Positions 30,565 to 40,784 are shown, counted from the first letter of the stretch. The stretch: 64,000 nucleotides of DNA from Candidatus Forterrea multitransposorum CG_2015-17_Forterrea_25_41 (GCA_009392915.1 CP045477.1:288001-352000), one strand, 5' to 3'. The notes: generated by a model from the sequence alone, not told the origin. Program-made: numbers and translations.

Positions 30565-31479
30565 TTATTTTATATTTTTAAAATAGATATACTCATTTTC
30601 TATATTTAGATCAAATACTTTTATGAAAAAATTTTTTGCATTAAATTCATTTTTATCATCAAAATTATCTTTATTACCTATAGTATTAAACATTTTTTGA
30701 AAAGCTTCTTTATATGAAATATTTTCTTTTTCAGAAATTTTTTTTAATAAATAATCCATAAATTTACCTGCTGATTGATAATATCTATTTTTAGTTATAT
30801 TACGCTTGTCATAGTCAAAAACATTAATTCTTTCTAAAAATAATTCTTTTGCTGTAATTAATTCTTCATTGAAATCTTTTGAGATTTGATTTGCACATAT
30901 TACTGTTAATCCTTCATTAAATAATAATGGTAATGAATTTAATTTCCCATTTTTTTTTAAATTATATTTGTGAAAAAATATGTGTAACAATTCATGAGCA
31001 TCTCCTAGTATTGATTCTTTAGAATGTACATTTCTTTTTGCATTATCTAAAAGAAATGTTTGAAGATAAATTAAAGTTGTACTAGATACTCTTCCTTTTG
31101 CATTTGATGGTAAATTCATTTTTGTAGTGCGTCCAATTGAACAAAATTCATCAAAGTCTTTAGCCAAAAATATATTAATTGAATAGCATTCTGAATAGAA
31201 TATTTTTTCTGGAGAATAAAAAAATGAAATTAGATGGTCTTTTGCTTTTAAAAATCTTTCTTTAACATATATAAATACATTAGCCTTTTTATAAGTTCCT
31301 TTTAAAATCTCATCTAAATTTTTTTGGAATTCATTAATTAAAGAAGTATAATAAAAATTAAAAGGAATTTCTCCATCTATATTTACTTTGAAAATAGATT
31401 TTTCTTTTGAAATTACAAAATTTTTACATAAATTTTCTTTTTCTTTATCTTTAACTTCATAAAATTTTATTTTAAGCAT
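30565..31479 (-). CDS. hypothetical protein with HExxH motif (putative zinc metallopeptidase)
   Basis: LGDAHELLHIFFHKY lies mid-protein. There is no signal peptide and no other recognisable family signature. Confidence 0.4.
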   Translation of the reverse strand: MLKIKFYEVKDKEKENLCKNFVISKEKSIFKVNIDGEIPFNFYYTSLINEFQKNLDEILKGTYKKANVFIYVKERFLKAKDHLISFFYSPEKIFYSECYSINIFLAKDFDEFCSIGRTTKMNLPSNAKGRVSSTTLIYLQTFLLDNAKRNVHSKESILGDAHELLHIFFHKYNLKKNGKLNSLPLLFNEGLTVICANQISKDFNEELITAKELFLERINVFDYDKRNITKNRYYQSAGKFMDYLLKKISEKENISYKEAFQKMFNTIGNKDNFDDKNEFNAKNFFIKVFDLNIENEYIYFKNIK

Positions 31480-32458
31480 GGTATTCTATTTTAGTATTTT
31501 TTAATTATTTTTAATTATAAATATAATCACATATAATATATTTAAAGCTTTTGATTTAATTTTTATTGATATATTTTTCTCGGCCAGGTAGCCTCTCCTT
31601 GAAAACAGATATATTTTTGTCTTTACACTATATTATTATAATTTATAAAAGGAGGTAATAGATGGTTGTGATAAAATGAACTTTAAACTACATAATATTT
31701 TAGATTATTTGTTTCGGCAAATTTAATATAGATAAAAAGTAAGTAAGTTATGTATAGTTTATAAGATATTAAAAATTAAAAAATTGTTATGTCTTTGGGA
31801 AGTAAATTATTTTATAAAAAATTATTTTTGTGAGAGATGATGATAAGAAATACTTTTTTACAATTATTATTTTTTATAATCTAATTTACTATACATAACA
31901 ATATAATTTTAAAAAATATTTTTTTCTAGAAAGTGTCAAAAAATTAAATTTTCAGCTTCATTCTTCGGTCGGCATAATATCTCTTATGCCGAAAAATAGC
32001 CTAAAAAAGAGGTGTTTTTTGTGCTTTTTTTAACCTTTTTAAGGGATTTGATTTAAGGGAAAAATGTGCTAAAAAATATGTTCTAAATAGGGTAGGGTAT
32101 TTGACCACTAAATGCCCTGTTTTTAAGGGGTTTTGATGGAGTTTCTTAAGATCTTTAAAAAAAGTAGATTTTTTAGTGTTTTTTTACAAAATTTATTTAA
32201 TAAAAATATATTTTTTGAAAAATCTGTTTAAATTGTAAAAATTATAAGATTATAAAAAAATTTAATTATGAAATATTTGTATTAAAATTTGATGGAAATT
32301 AATTGTCCAATATTTAATGAATTTATAAAAATAATAGTTTTTTTATAGATTAAAAAAATTATTTAATATTATTAAAAATAAAAATAATGTGATTTTAGAA
32401 GTAACTCTATATATACATAACGATGTAATAGTATTTCATATAATCATCCTCTTTAAAA
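31480..32458. other. ~980-bp gene-free segment with inverted repeats, direct repeats, a GC-richer core and a stable hairpin (candidate ncRNA / miniature element / att remnant)
   Basis: There is no ORF of 60 aa or more on either strand. A 12-bp inverted repeat GTTATGTATAGT/ACTATACATAAC sits at 31747-31758 and 31888-31899. An imperfect ~17-nt direct repeat ATACATAAC(A/G)AT.TAAT sits at 31891-31907 and 32413-32429. A 9-bp-stem hairpin is at 31969-31992. TTAAGGG(A/G)TTTGAT repeats are at 32039 and 32123. Confidence 0.5.
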
Positions 32459-32875
32459 TTATTTAAAAGGATTAATTACCTTTATTTCTTTGATTTTTTT
32501 AAAAGTTTTGTAATCTTCAGTATATATTGTTTTAATGTTGTTTTCTATCATAGTTTGAGCTAGTAATGCATCAAAAAAAGGTATTTTCTTATTATAACTT
32601 ATATTAATTGCATCTAATATACTGTTTTTATTATATTCTACAATATTAAATAATGTTTTTATTTCAGTTATATAAGTTTCTAGCTCTTTTTTTGATATTT
32701 TTAATTTGTTTATAGAAATATTTGTAAATTCCATTATTGTCTGTATACTTATGTAGCATTCTTTTGTATTAGCAAATTTATCTATTATGTCTATTGCTTT
32801 TTCTTTATTTTTACTATTTACTAAAAAATACGCATTTAACAAGATATTAGTATCTAATAATATTTTTTCAGTCAT
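32459..32875 (-). CDS. vapC: PIN-domain ribonuclease toxin (VapC)
   Basis: N-terminal ILLDTNIL and C-terminal FFDALLAQTMIENNIKTIYTEDYKTF are acidic PIN residues. 138 aa. Confidence 0.75.
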   Translation of the reverse strand: MTEKILLDTNILLNAYFLVNSKNKEKAIDIIDKFANTKECYISIQTIMEFTNISINKLKISKKELETYITEIKTLFNIVEYNKNSILDAINISYNKKIPFFDALLAQTMIENNIKTIYTEDYKTFKKIKEIKVINPFK

Positions 32876-32886
32876 ATTATTCCTCT

Positions 32887-33120
32887 CTATTTATAATAAT
32901 TATCTCTATTTTTTATTTGATTTTTATTTATTTTTTTAGTGTTTTTTTTCAATTTATTAATTAGATTTTTCTTAAGATCGTCTCTACTATTTTCTAGATT
33001 ATTTAGTGCTTTAATAATTGTTTTACTTATAGCATCTTTTCTATTTCCATAGTGTATTTTTGCAGAATCTCTAAGTAATTTTTCAGAATCGTTGTCTAAA
33101 GATATTGTAATTACACCCAT
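32887..33120 (-). CDS. vapB: VapB-like antitoxin (ribbon-helix-helix / CopG-like)
   Basis: MGVITISLDNDSEKLLRDSAK is N-terminal RHH-like. It lies immediately upstream of vapC with an 11-nt gap. The start was moved to the ATG with an AAGGTGG Shine-Dalgarno. Confidence 0.5.
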   Translation of the reverse strand: MGVITISLDNDSEKLLRDSAKIHYGNRKDAISKTIIKALNNLENSRDDLKKNLINKLKKNTKKINKNQIKNRDNYYK

Positions 33121-33446
33121 AATTTCCACCTTATTTTTATTATACCGAAAGTGATTTTTAACAATTATATTTACTATGAAAAGGTTTTTAAATCTATTTA
33201 TTATTTAGTTTAATATTTAAATATATTATTATTTAAATAAACAATTATTTAATAATTTTATAAAATATTTTTGTCCAACAAAAATAGTTTTTTTTATTAA
33301 AATGTTTTTTTATAATTTGATATTTTTTTCTTAATTTATTTGATATTTTTTTTACAAAATATTAATCTTTTTTTATTTAGTGGTTTACTTTTTTAAATGA
33401 CACTACTTATAGAAACTTTTTTAAACTTATAATACTAAAAATATTT

Positions 33447-34250
33447 ATGTCATTAAACTTAGAATTATTTTTAAATGATCTTCCTACAAATATCTCTGAA
33501 AAGCAAGGTATTTATGAATATTTTAAACTATATGCTGTAGAACCTTTTAATAAATTTAATAAAGAACAAACAAAATTTATTTTAGATAAATATAAAGATC
33601 CTTTAAAACTTGAAAAAGCTTTAAAAATAATGATAAATCTACCTAAATCTCTTTCTTTTAAAAATTTAATTAAATCTACTGATTATAATTTAAATTTTAG
33701 AGAAAAATTTAAAGAATTAAATCTAAGAAAAGATTTTAAAATTAAAGTTTCAAGTTATAATTCTCCTCATAATTTTTTTAATGGTACTCAATACGACATG
33801 TATTTTAAAAATGAAGTTATAGGTAATTTTAATTTTATTTTTACTTATGAAAAAAATAATTTAACTTTAAGATTAAAATATATGCAAGGTGTAAAAGGAA
33901 AAGGTAGCCAATTAAGTTCTCTTTCATCAAGATTAAATCAAGACTGGATGTCAAGATTATTAATTTTTTTAAAAAAATATTCTGAAGCTAAAAAAATTAA
34001 TTATGTTTTTGAAATACCTCCTAAATATACTACAGCTAATGAAAAGGTTTATAGAAAATATGCTTTTGAAAATTATTTAAAAAGATATTTAGATAATAAT
34101 ATACCAATATCTAAAATTGATTTTAAAAATGTACCTAAAGAATATCTTCCTGAAATTAAAGAAATAATTAATTCTAGAAAACCAAAAAAAACTATACCAA
34201 GACTTTTACTTAAAACTAAAAGAAATTTGCGTAAATTTCAAAAAAAGTAA
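33447..34250 (+). CDS. hypothetical protein
   Basis: 267 aa with a basic C-terminus. No assignable motif. Confidence 0.45.
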   Translation: MSLNLELFLNDLPTNISEKQGIYEYFKLYAVEPFNKFNKEQTKFILDKYKDPLKLEKALKIMINLPKSLSFKNLIKSTDYNLNFREKFKELNLRKDFKIKVSSYNSPHNFFNGTQYDMYFKNEVIGNFNFIFTYEKNNLTLRLKYMQGVKGKGSQLSSLSSRLNQDWMSRLLIFLKKYSEAKKINYVFEIPPKYTTANEKVYRKYAFENYLKRYLDNNIPISKIDFKNVPKEYLPEIKEIINSRKPKKTIPRLLLKTKRNLRKFQKK

Positions 34251-34309
34251 GCTTTTTAAACATTTTTTAACTATATATAGTTATAGTAAATAATAGGTTT
34301 AGATAAAAA

Positions 34310-34732
34310 ATGAAGCAAGAAGTTAGAATTCTTTTAGGATTATTAATATTTTATTTAATGTATGTTCTACTTGTAGACTTTACAAAGCTTTCAAGTATAC
34401 CTTTAGTAATAGTTGCAGGTATTTTTTTAATTTTTTTATTCTTACCAGATATTTCAAATGAAAATAATATGATAAATAAAAATCAAAAGAATATTTCTAT
34501 TTTATTATTTATAGCAGCTATTTTAGTTTTTATTACAACAAAGCTTCTTTTAATACCTTTAATAATTATAGGAAGTATATTTATTTTAGTATTTTTAACA
34601 ACAAGTCCTGGAATTTATAAGTCTTTAACAACTGGACTTTATTTGTCAGCTCCATTATTTTTATTAAGCCCTTTTTATTTTCTATTTGCTTTCTTAGGCT
34701 TTCTAACATTCTGGATATCTTCAAGAATTTAA
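34310..34732 (+). CDS. membrane protein (4 TM)
   Basis: 140 aa of highly hydrophobic helices. Confidence 0.45.
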   Translation: MKQEVRILLGLLIFYLMYVLLVDFTKLSSIPLVIVAGIFLIFLFLPDISNENNMINKNQKNISILLFIAAILVFITTKLLLIPLIIIGSIFILVFLTTSPGIYKSLTTGLYLSAPLFLLSPFYFLFAFLGFLTFWISSRI

Positions 34733-34743
34733 AATAGATTAAA

Positions 34744-35232
34744 ATGATAAATTATAAAAGATTTATTGATTCAGAAATTAATAATATATCTGAAAACGAT
34801 TTCAAAAATATTTTTAAAATAAGTGATAGACAATTTAGTAAGGACTATTTCTTAGATAAATTTAATAAAAAGAAAAGTTTTTTTAAACCAATTTCAAACT
34901 ATTTGTATCTAGCATATAATGATAAAGAATTAGTAGGATATTTATTTGGAGAAAAAAGAAAGTCAAATTTTAAAATTAAGTGGATGGGAGTTAGTGAAAA
35001 ATATCTTAATCAAAAAATAGGTTTAAAAATAAAAATAAGAGTGCTTTCTGATTTAAGAGTTAGTGGAATTAAACAAGTAATTTCTCAAGCACATACAGAG
35101 CAAATAAAAAATTTAAATGACAAAATAATTAAAAGGAAAGGTAAAACTCATTATCAATTAACTGAAGAAAAATCAAAAAATAGTGCTTTTAAATATAGAT
35201 TTTTTAGTAAATTTAAAATTAAAAGAAAATAA
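34744..35232 (+). CDS. possible GNAT-like acetyltransferase (weak)
   Basis: LVGYLFGEKR...IKWMGVSEKYLNQKIGLKI resembles a GNAT motif A region. The rest is too divergent to be sure. Confidence 0.3.
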   Translation: MINYKRFIDSEINNISENDFKNIFKISDRQFSKDYFLDKFNKKKSFFKPISNYLYLAYNDKELVGYLFGEKRKSNFKIKWMGVSEKYLNQKIGLKIKIRVLSDLRVSGIKQVISQAHTEQIKNLNDKIIKRKGKTHYQLTEEKSKNSAFKYRFFSKFKIKRK

Positions 35233-35239
35233 TTTTTAT

Positions 35240-35947
35240 TTAACCTTTAAGATATTTTAGTCTTTCTTTTTCTTCAAACCTTTCAATAGAATATCTAAGC
35301 ATAGTCCTTGGCATTTCTTTAAAGTGCTTATCTAAAAAATTAGTTTCTTCTTTTAAATCTCTATTTCCAATCTCTCTTAGCATCCAACCAACAGCCTTAT
35401 GGATTAGATCTTCTTTATCTCTTAAAAGTAGCTTAGAAATTTTTAAACTGTCCAAGAAATAGTTCTTTTTAATAAAATAAAAAGTAGAAATAATAGCAAT
35501 TCTTCTAACAAACAACTTCTCTGACTTTACCCATTTGTAAAGAATTTTTCTTTTTGAAGGATTTTCAAACAAATACCACCCTATAATGTTTGGAGCAGAA
35601 GAGTCAACTAAGTCCCAGTTGTTAACCTTATCTATATTCTTAACATAATAGCGATAAATCTCATCCCTTCCTTTCTTATCTTCAATTTCAAACCTATAAA
35701 CCATTAAAAAAAGAGCTACTTGTCTATGTTCATGCACTTTTGAAGAGATAAGGACACTCAAGTCAGTGATTTTAATTTCTTTAAAGTATTTTTTAGCAAT
35801 ACTTCTTTGTGAAGGAACAGATAACCCTAAGAAAATATCCCCTTCTCCATAATCTCCTTTACCAGTCTTAAAGAATCTTTGAAAGTTAAGACTTTTTTCT
35901 GGATCATAAAAAGAGTCTATTTCTTTTTTAATTTTTTTAACATCCAT
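35240..35947 (-). CDS. DNA alkylation repair protein (AlkD/AlkC HEAT-like repeat family)
   Basis: NNWDLVDSSAPNIIG, HKAVGWMLREIG and MPRTMLRYSIERF match the DNA_alkylation family. Confidence 0.7.
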   Translation of the reverse strand: MDVKKIKKEIDSFYDPEKSLNFQRFFKTGKGDYGEGDIFLGLSVPSQRSIAKKYFKEIKITDLSVLISSKVHEHRQVALFLMVYRFEIEDKKGRDEIYRYYVKNIDKVNNWDLVDSSAPNIIGWYLFENPSKRKILYKWVKSEKLFVRRIAIISTFYFIKKNYFLDSLKISKLLLRDKEDLIHKAVGWMLREIGNRDLKEETNFLDKHFKEMPRTMLRYSIERFEEKERLKYLKG

Positions 35948-35950
35948 AAT

Positions 35951-36919
35951 TTATCTTTTAATAATTTTTTCTAATAAACAAAACATTTTATTTCTAACAT
36001 TTATTTTACTATCATAAATATTTATTCTAGAAATATTTGGAAGATATTCAGATCTATTTTCAGAGCAAGCAACTTTATATAATTCCTCAATCCATTTACT
36101 TGCATACCTTTCGTTTACAAGCAGCTGATACCTTGTATTAAGTTCATAGTCATCCAATATCCTTCCTTCACTTCTTTTTTCTCTAAATTTAGTATACTCT
36201 TCTATTTCCCATTTTTCAGGTCCACAAACAATAAATAAATCTGTAGGAGGATATTTAAATGCAATTTTATGCCCAGGAAGAGATATATAGTCTTTTAAAG
36301 AAACTCCACTTTGGTTATATTTTTCATCATATATTTGATAGCAAGCGGATTCTTCAGATCTACTTCTTACAATAATTTTATTATGATCTCTTAATATTTT
36401 TCTAATTCTATAAAATTCATCTATTCTATATGCTTGGTGTAAAAGTACAGCTGAATAAGAATCATGTGTAGGGTAATTAGTTTCTAGAAAATCAAAAGAA
36501 CTTCTATTTTGTTCAATAACTCTATTTGTTTGTCCTGCACTTCTTTTAGAAGGTTCTTCTAATATCCAAACATCTGCAGAATCAGGATTAATATATGTAG
36601 TCACTTTATTTTTTTTAAAAGATCCTACAAGTAAGTCATTATTTCTATTATATCCAGAAAGTAAATAATAGATTTCAAATAATAATTTACTTTTATCTTC
36701 GTCTTTGATTTTTTTTGATTTTAAAAATTCTTTAAAAGATATAAATTCTTTATTATATTCTTTAAAAATTTCTGCATGAAATAATAAATCAATTTCAGTC
36801 CCTCTTAAGTCTTTTACAATATAATTTTTACTTTTAAAAAAATCAATTGTATCTTGAATTTGTGTACTTGTACCAGACATATCTGGCCCACATATAACAA
36901 TATCAGTAAATAATTTCAT
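35951..36919 (-). CDS. P-loop nucleotide-kinase-like protein (thymidylate-kinase-like Walker A) with large C-terminal extension
   Basis: IVICGPDMSGTSTQ resembles the Tmk-type P-loop xEGxDGxGKTTQ. Downstream motifs are not recognisable. It is co-oriented and contiguous with the AlkD-like gene. Confidence 0.35.
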   Translation of the reverse strand: MKLFTDIVICGPDMSGTSTQIQDTIDFFKSKNYIVKDLRGTEIDLLFHAEIFKEYNKEFISFKEFLKSKKIKDEDKSKLLFEIYYLLSGYNRNNDLLVGSFKKNKVTTYINPDSADVWILEEPSKRSAGQTNRVIEQNRSSFDFLETNYPTHDSYSAVLLHQAYRIDEFYRIRKILRDHNKIIVRSRSEESACYQIYDEKYNQSGVSLKDYISLPGHKIAFKYPPTDLFIVCGPEKWEIEEYTKFREKRSEGRILDDYELNTRYQLLVNERYASKWIEELYKVACSENRSEYLPNISRINIYDSKINVRNKMFCLLEKIIKR

Positions 36920-37258
36920 ATAAATTTAGTAGATGATAATGTTTTTATATAAATGTTATTTATGTAGTAAATACTTTCTTAAAAAGCTTTAAATATTTCA
37001 AAAACCATAATATATATATGCTTTTGACTCTTACTTTAATTTTCTTAAAGAGAAAGATAAAGGAGGTGAAAAGAACTGACTAAACAAGGCTTTTGATGTT
37101 TCTCTTTTGTTTGAAAAGATAACCTTATTAATTATTCTTCTAAAATCTATTGAAAGTTTTCTAAAAGAACTTTATTCTTTAAGTGCTTTTATGTTATATT
37201 TAATTGCAATAGCTCTAATATTAATATTATATCTTTTATAGATTGTTAAAGAAAAAGG

Positions 37259-37816
37259 TTAATTATTCATTGGCATTTTAAATAATTTATTAAGTGTGTT
37301 ATTTCCTTTTCTTAATACTTGATAAAATTCTTTCAAATTTTCTGTTTTTTGTGATTCTTTTAAAATAGCTAAAAATGTTTTTTCAAAAACTGTATTCACT
37401 TTGAAAGTACTTTGTAATGTTAGACTTTTTAAAAGATTAATGTCTATACTTCTTTGTGATTTTGGAATTGCTTCCATTTCTTGAATAAAATATTTGGTGT
37501 ATATTGTCATTTCTTTTTGTTTCATATAAAAATTATTAATTGCTTCTATTTGATCGAATGATCTTTTATAATAATTTTGATCATATTTTAAATTATTTAA
37601 TCTTGTATTTAATAAATTAATATTAAAAATAGATTTTGTATGTTCAATCATTTCAGGATTATTTTTATATTTTTTAAGATTTGTTCTATATTCTTTTAGT
37701 ATATTAAAAAATTCATTATAAGAAATTTGTTTATCTACTTTTACATCTTTTTTAATTCTTTCTTTAATTTTTCTTAAGTTTTGTTTCTTTAAAACACTTC
37801 TATTATTTGGTTTCAT
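37259..37816 (-). CDS. hypothetical protein (paralog of the adjacent upstream gene)
   Basis: 185 aa, helical. It shares a NINLLNTRLNNLKY block with NLNILDSRLRVLY of the neighbour. Confidence 0.45.
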   Translation of the reverse strand: MKPNNRSVLKKQNLRKIKERIKKDVKVDKQISYNEFFNILKEYRTNLKKYKNNPEMIEHTKSIFNINLLNTRLNNLKYDQNYYKRSFDQIEAINNFYMKQKEMTIYTKYFIQEMEAIPKSQRSIDINLLKSLTLQSTFKVNTVFEKTFLAILKESQKTENLKEFYQVLRKGNNTLNKLFKMPMNN

Positions 37817-37831
37817 AATTTTAGCACACTT

Positions 37832-38317
37832 TTAATTTAATTTAGGATCTTTTGGTTTATATTTTTTTTCAATTTTTTCAATAAAAGAATTTAATAGTGG
37901 TTCAATTTCTTCAATAAATTCTATTTTTAATCCTTTTCTTGATAATTGTTTAAGATCTTTTATATAATCATTAATAAAAGCATCATGATATTTTTCTTTA
38001 AAATTTGGTTCTGAAGAAATAAATTTAGATGTAAGTATTTCTTTTGATTTACTTAAAAAAATATCATTAGATATGTTTATTAGATTTATATATTTTTTAG
38101 TGATTTTTTTTGCATTATCTGCATTTTTAAATCTACCATTACTATATAATACTCTAAGTCTTGAATCTAGAATATTTAAATTTGTTTTTTCTTTTAAATA
38201 TTTAATATCAATTTTATTAGATAATTTCCCTAAAAATGTTTTATATCTTGTAATATTTGGATTAAATTTTTTCTTTGTTGCAATTTTAATATTTTTTGAA
38301 ACCATAATTCGCACCAT
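37832..38317 (-). CDS. hypothetical protein (paralog of adjacent downstream gene)
   Basis: 161 aa, with a 15-nt gap to the next gene. Confidence 0.45.
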   Translation of the reverse strand: MVRIMVSKNIKIATKKKFNPNITRYKTFLGKLSNKIDIKYLKEKTNLNILDSRLRVLYSNGRFKNADNAKKITKKYINLINISNDIFLSKSKEILTSKFISSEPNFKEKYHDAFINDYIKDLKQLSRKGLKIEFIEEIEPLLNSFIEKIEKKYKPKDPKLN

Positions 38318-38414
38318 ATATTTTATTAATATATTAAATAGTAAAACAAAAAGTATTTTAAACCTAATTATACAACATTAATTTGCAAATATAAAAATAA
38401 GGGGTTTTTATAAT

Positions 38415-39761
38415 ATGTATGATGTAATTATTGTTGGCGCAGGACCTGCTGGTCTTTTTTCTGCTTTAAAGTTTTCACAAAAAAATAAAAATTTAAAAGT
38501 ACTTTTAATAGATAAAGGTAATTTAGTTGAAAATAGACAAAAAACAGAAGTTATGAATGGTTTTGGTGGAGCTGGAACTTTTTCTGATGGAAAATTACAT
38601 TTTACACCTGTTCTTTCTCATGAGAAACTTTTACATCTCTATACAGTTTCAGAATACCAAGAATATTTAGATGCTGTTGAAAAAATATTTTTAGATTATG
38701 GAGTAAACCCAGAATACTATCCAAAAGATTTATCAAAAGCAAAAGATTTAGTTGATAATGCTGAAAGAAACAATATTAAACTATTTATTAGAAAAACTTT
38801 ACATGTTGGAACAGATAAACTTCCAAAAATTATTAAAAAAATGCAAGATGATATTTTAAAAAGTAATATAGAACTTTTACCAAATACAGAAATTAAAGAT
38901 TTAATTATTGAAAATAATAAAATAAAAGGTGTAGTTACAAAAGAAAATAAAGAAATTTTAGGTAAATATGTAATTTGTGCACCTGGAAGATATAATGCTT
39001 CCTGGATTGAAAAAATTACAAATAAATATAATATCAAAACTGTTTATGATAAAATAGAAGTTGGTGTAAGAGTTGAGTTTCCTGCCTCAATTAACAACGG
39101 TCATTCAGAATTAATGTATGAAACTATTTATTCACTTTATACAAAAACTTTTGATGATGTTGTTAGAACTTTTTGTCCATGTCCAAAAGGTTTTGTTGCA
39201 ATTGAAGATTATAAAGATTATGTTTGTGTAAATGGTTATTCAAATTCTAATAATGATGGTAAAAATTCTAATTTTGCATTAGTTGTAGAAGTTGCTTTAA
39301 CAAAACCTTTAGAATCTTCTAGAAAATATGCAGAATTTATAGCTCAAGGTGTAACTCTCTTAGGAGCTGGTAAACCAATTATTCAAAGATTTAAAGATTT
39401 AAAACAAGGTAGAAGATCAACTCCTGATAGAATATTAAAAGCACATATAGAACCTTCTTTAAAAGATGCTATACCTGGAGATATTGGTATGGCAATGCCT
39501 TACAGAATCACTAAAAATCTAATAGAAGGTATTGAAGCTCTTTCAAAAATTTTACCAGGTCTTGATGGAGATTCAACTTTTTTATATGCCCCAGAAGTTA
39601 AATTTAGATCTACAAAAGTTTTTACAAATAAGAAATTAGAAACAGAAATTGAAAATTTATTTATGGCAGGAGATGGTGCTGGAGTTTCAGGAAATATTAT
39701 CGGAGCTGCAATTTCAGGTATTATTGCCGCAGAAGGAATTATTAGTAAGGAATTTACCTAA
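38415..39761 (+). CDS. FAD-dependent oxidoreductase (COG2509-like uncharacterised FAD dehydrogenase)
   Basis: N-terminal MYDVIIVGAGPAGLFSAL dinucleotide-binding motif and a C-terminal GDGAG...GAAISGIIAAEG second FAD-binding segment. Confidence 0.7.
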   Translation: MYDVIIVGAGPAGLFSALKFSQKNKNLKVLLIDKGNLVENRQKTEVMNGFGGAGTFSDGKLHFTPVLSHEKLLHLYTVSEYQEYLDAVEKIFLDYGVNPEYYPKDLSKAKDLVDNAERNNIKLFIRKTLHVGTDKLPKIIKKMQDDILKSNIELLPNTEIKDLIIENNKIKGVVTKENKEILGKYVICAPGRYNASWIEKITNKYNIKTVYDKIEVGVRVEFPASINNGHSELMYETIYSLYTKTFDDVVRTFCPCPKGFVAIEDYKDYVCVNGYSNSNNDGKNSNFALVVEVALTKPLESSRKYAEFIAQGVTLLGAGKPIIQRFKDLKQGRRSTPDRILKAHIEPSLKDAIPGDIGMAMPYRITKNLIEGIEALSKILPGLDGDSTFLYAPEVKFRSTKVFTNKKLETEIENLFMAGDGAGVSGNIIGAAISGIIAAEGIISKEFT

Positions 39762-39805
39762 CTAAATAATTTATTTTAAAAACTAATAATAACAATTGAA
39801 TATAT

Positions 39806-40429
39806 ATGACTGAAGAAAAAATATTAATTGATAGAGAAACTTTAAAAGCTATAGCTTCAGATACAAGATTAGATATTTTGAAATCTTTATCTAAGAGGAA
39901 AAAAACTCTTTCAGAGTTATCAAAAGTATTAGATTTAAAAAGTCCAACAATTAAAGAACATTTAGATCATTTAATTAATTCTAATTTAGTTTTAAAAGAA
40001 GAAACAGAATCTAAATGGAAATATTATTCTTTAACTGATAAAGGTTCAAAATTAATTAAACCAAGAGAAATAAAAGTCTTAATTTCTTTTGTAGTCTCTT
40101 TCATTTCTACATTAGGCCTTATTGGGTTATATTTAATTAAATATGTTTTTTCTTCATCTAAATCAATGATGGCTTCTTCAGATTCTATTGCATCAGACAT
40201 GATAATGTCAAAATCAATTGAAGAAACAATAATGGATACAGCCTCTCAAACAGTTTCACAAGAAATTTCACAAGCACCTCCAATGATTATTTCTAATACT
40301 TCAAATAATACAGAAATATTAATGATAATTGCTATTGGTATTTTATTATCTTTAACAGTATTTTCATTAATCTTATTAATTAAAGATAAACAAAAAAGAA
40401 AAAAAGAATGTGTTTCTGTTATTGATTAA
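39806..40429 (+). CDS. membrane-anchored ArsR-family winged-helix transcriptional regulator
   Basis: LKAIASDTRLDILKSL...LSELSKVLDLKSPTIKEHLDHLINSNLV (ArsR HTH) is followed by a TM helix and a Ser-rich tail. Confidence 0.65.
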   Translation: MTEEKILIDRETLKAIASDTRLDILKSLSKRKKTLSELSKVLDLKSPTIKEHLDHLINSNLVLKEETESKWKYYSLTDKGSKLIKPREIKVLISFVVSFISTLGLIGLYLIKYVFSSSKSMMASSDSIASDMIMSKSIEETIMDTASQTVSQEISQAPPMIISNTSNNTEILMIIAIGILLSLTVFSLILLIKDKQKRKKECVSVID

Positions 40430-40511
40430 ACATTTTTTAAAAACAAATATTTATAAATTCTTTCTTCTTATTTATAATTAGTTAAATAATTATTAAGAGG
40501 ATTGATGTAAT

Positions 40512-40775
40512 ATGGATTTTTGGGTAATGTTAGGTCTTACTTTAATTGTTTTTGGATGGATGATTCAATTACTTGAAGTTTGGGAGCTTGATAAAAAATT
40601 AAATATTTGGTTTATTTTTTTCTATGCTTTAGGTTCAATTTGTTTAGTTATTGATGGTTTTATGACAAGAAATTTAGATATTGCTTTATTAAATATTTTA
40701 GCAGTTATTTTTTCAGGTCTAATTTTTGCAGTAATTCTTTCAAATTCTACAAAAAAGAAAACTAAAAAAAAATAA
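40512..40775 (+). CDS. small membrane protein
   Basis: 87 aa, three TM segments. Confidence 0.4.
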   Translation: MDFWVMLGLTLIVFGWMIQLLEVWELDKKLNIWFIFFYALGSICLVIDGFMTRNLDIALLNILAVIFSGLIFAVILSNSTKKKTKKK

Positions 40776-40784
40776 AGATTAATA

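Noticed and set aside
31480-32458. tRNA or CRISPR array in the gene-free island
   Set aside because: I could not fold any cloverleaf with the acceptor/T-arm features of an archaeal tRNA. The repeats are too few and irregularly spaced for a CRISPR array. I report the region as an unexplained non-coding element instead.
38073-38381. 102-aa plus-strand ORF
   Set aside because: Overlaps the 5' part of the minus-strand hypothetical gene 37832-38317. It is hydrophobic and low-complexity, and I judged the minus-strand gene of the paralog pair more credible. Both are uncertain.
38717-39037. 106-aa minus-strand ORF inside FAD oxidoreductase
   Set aside because: Antisense overlap.
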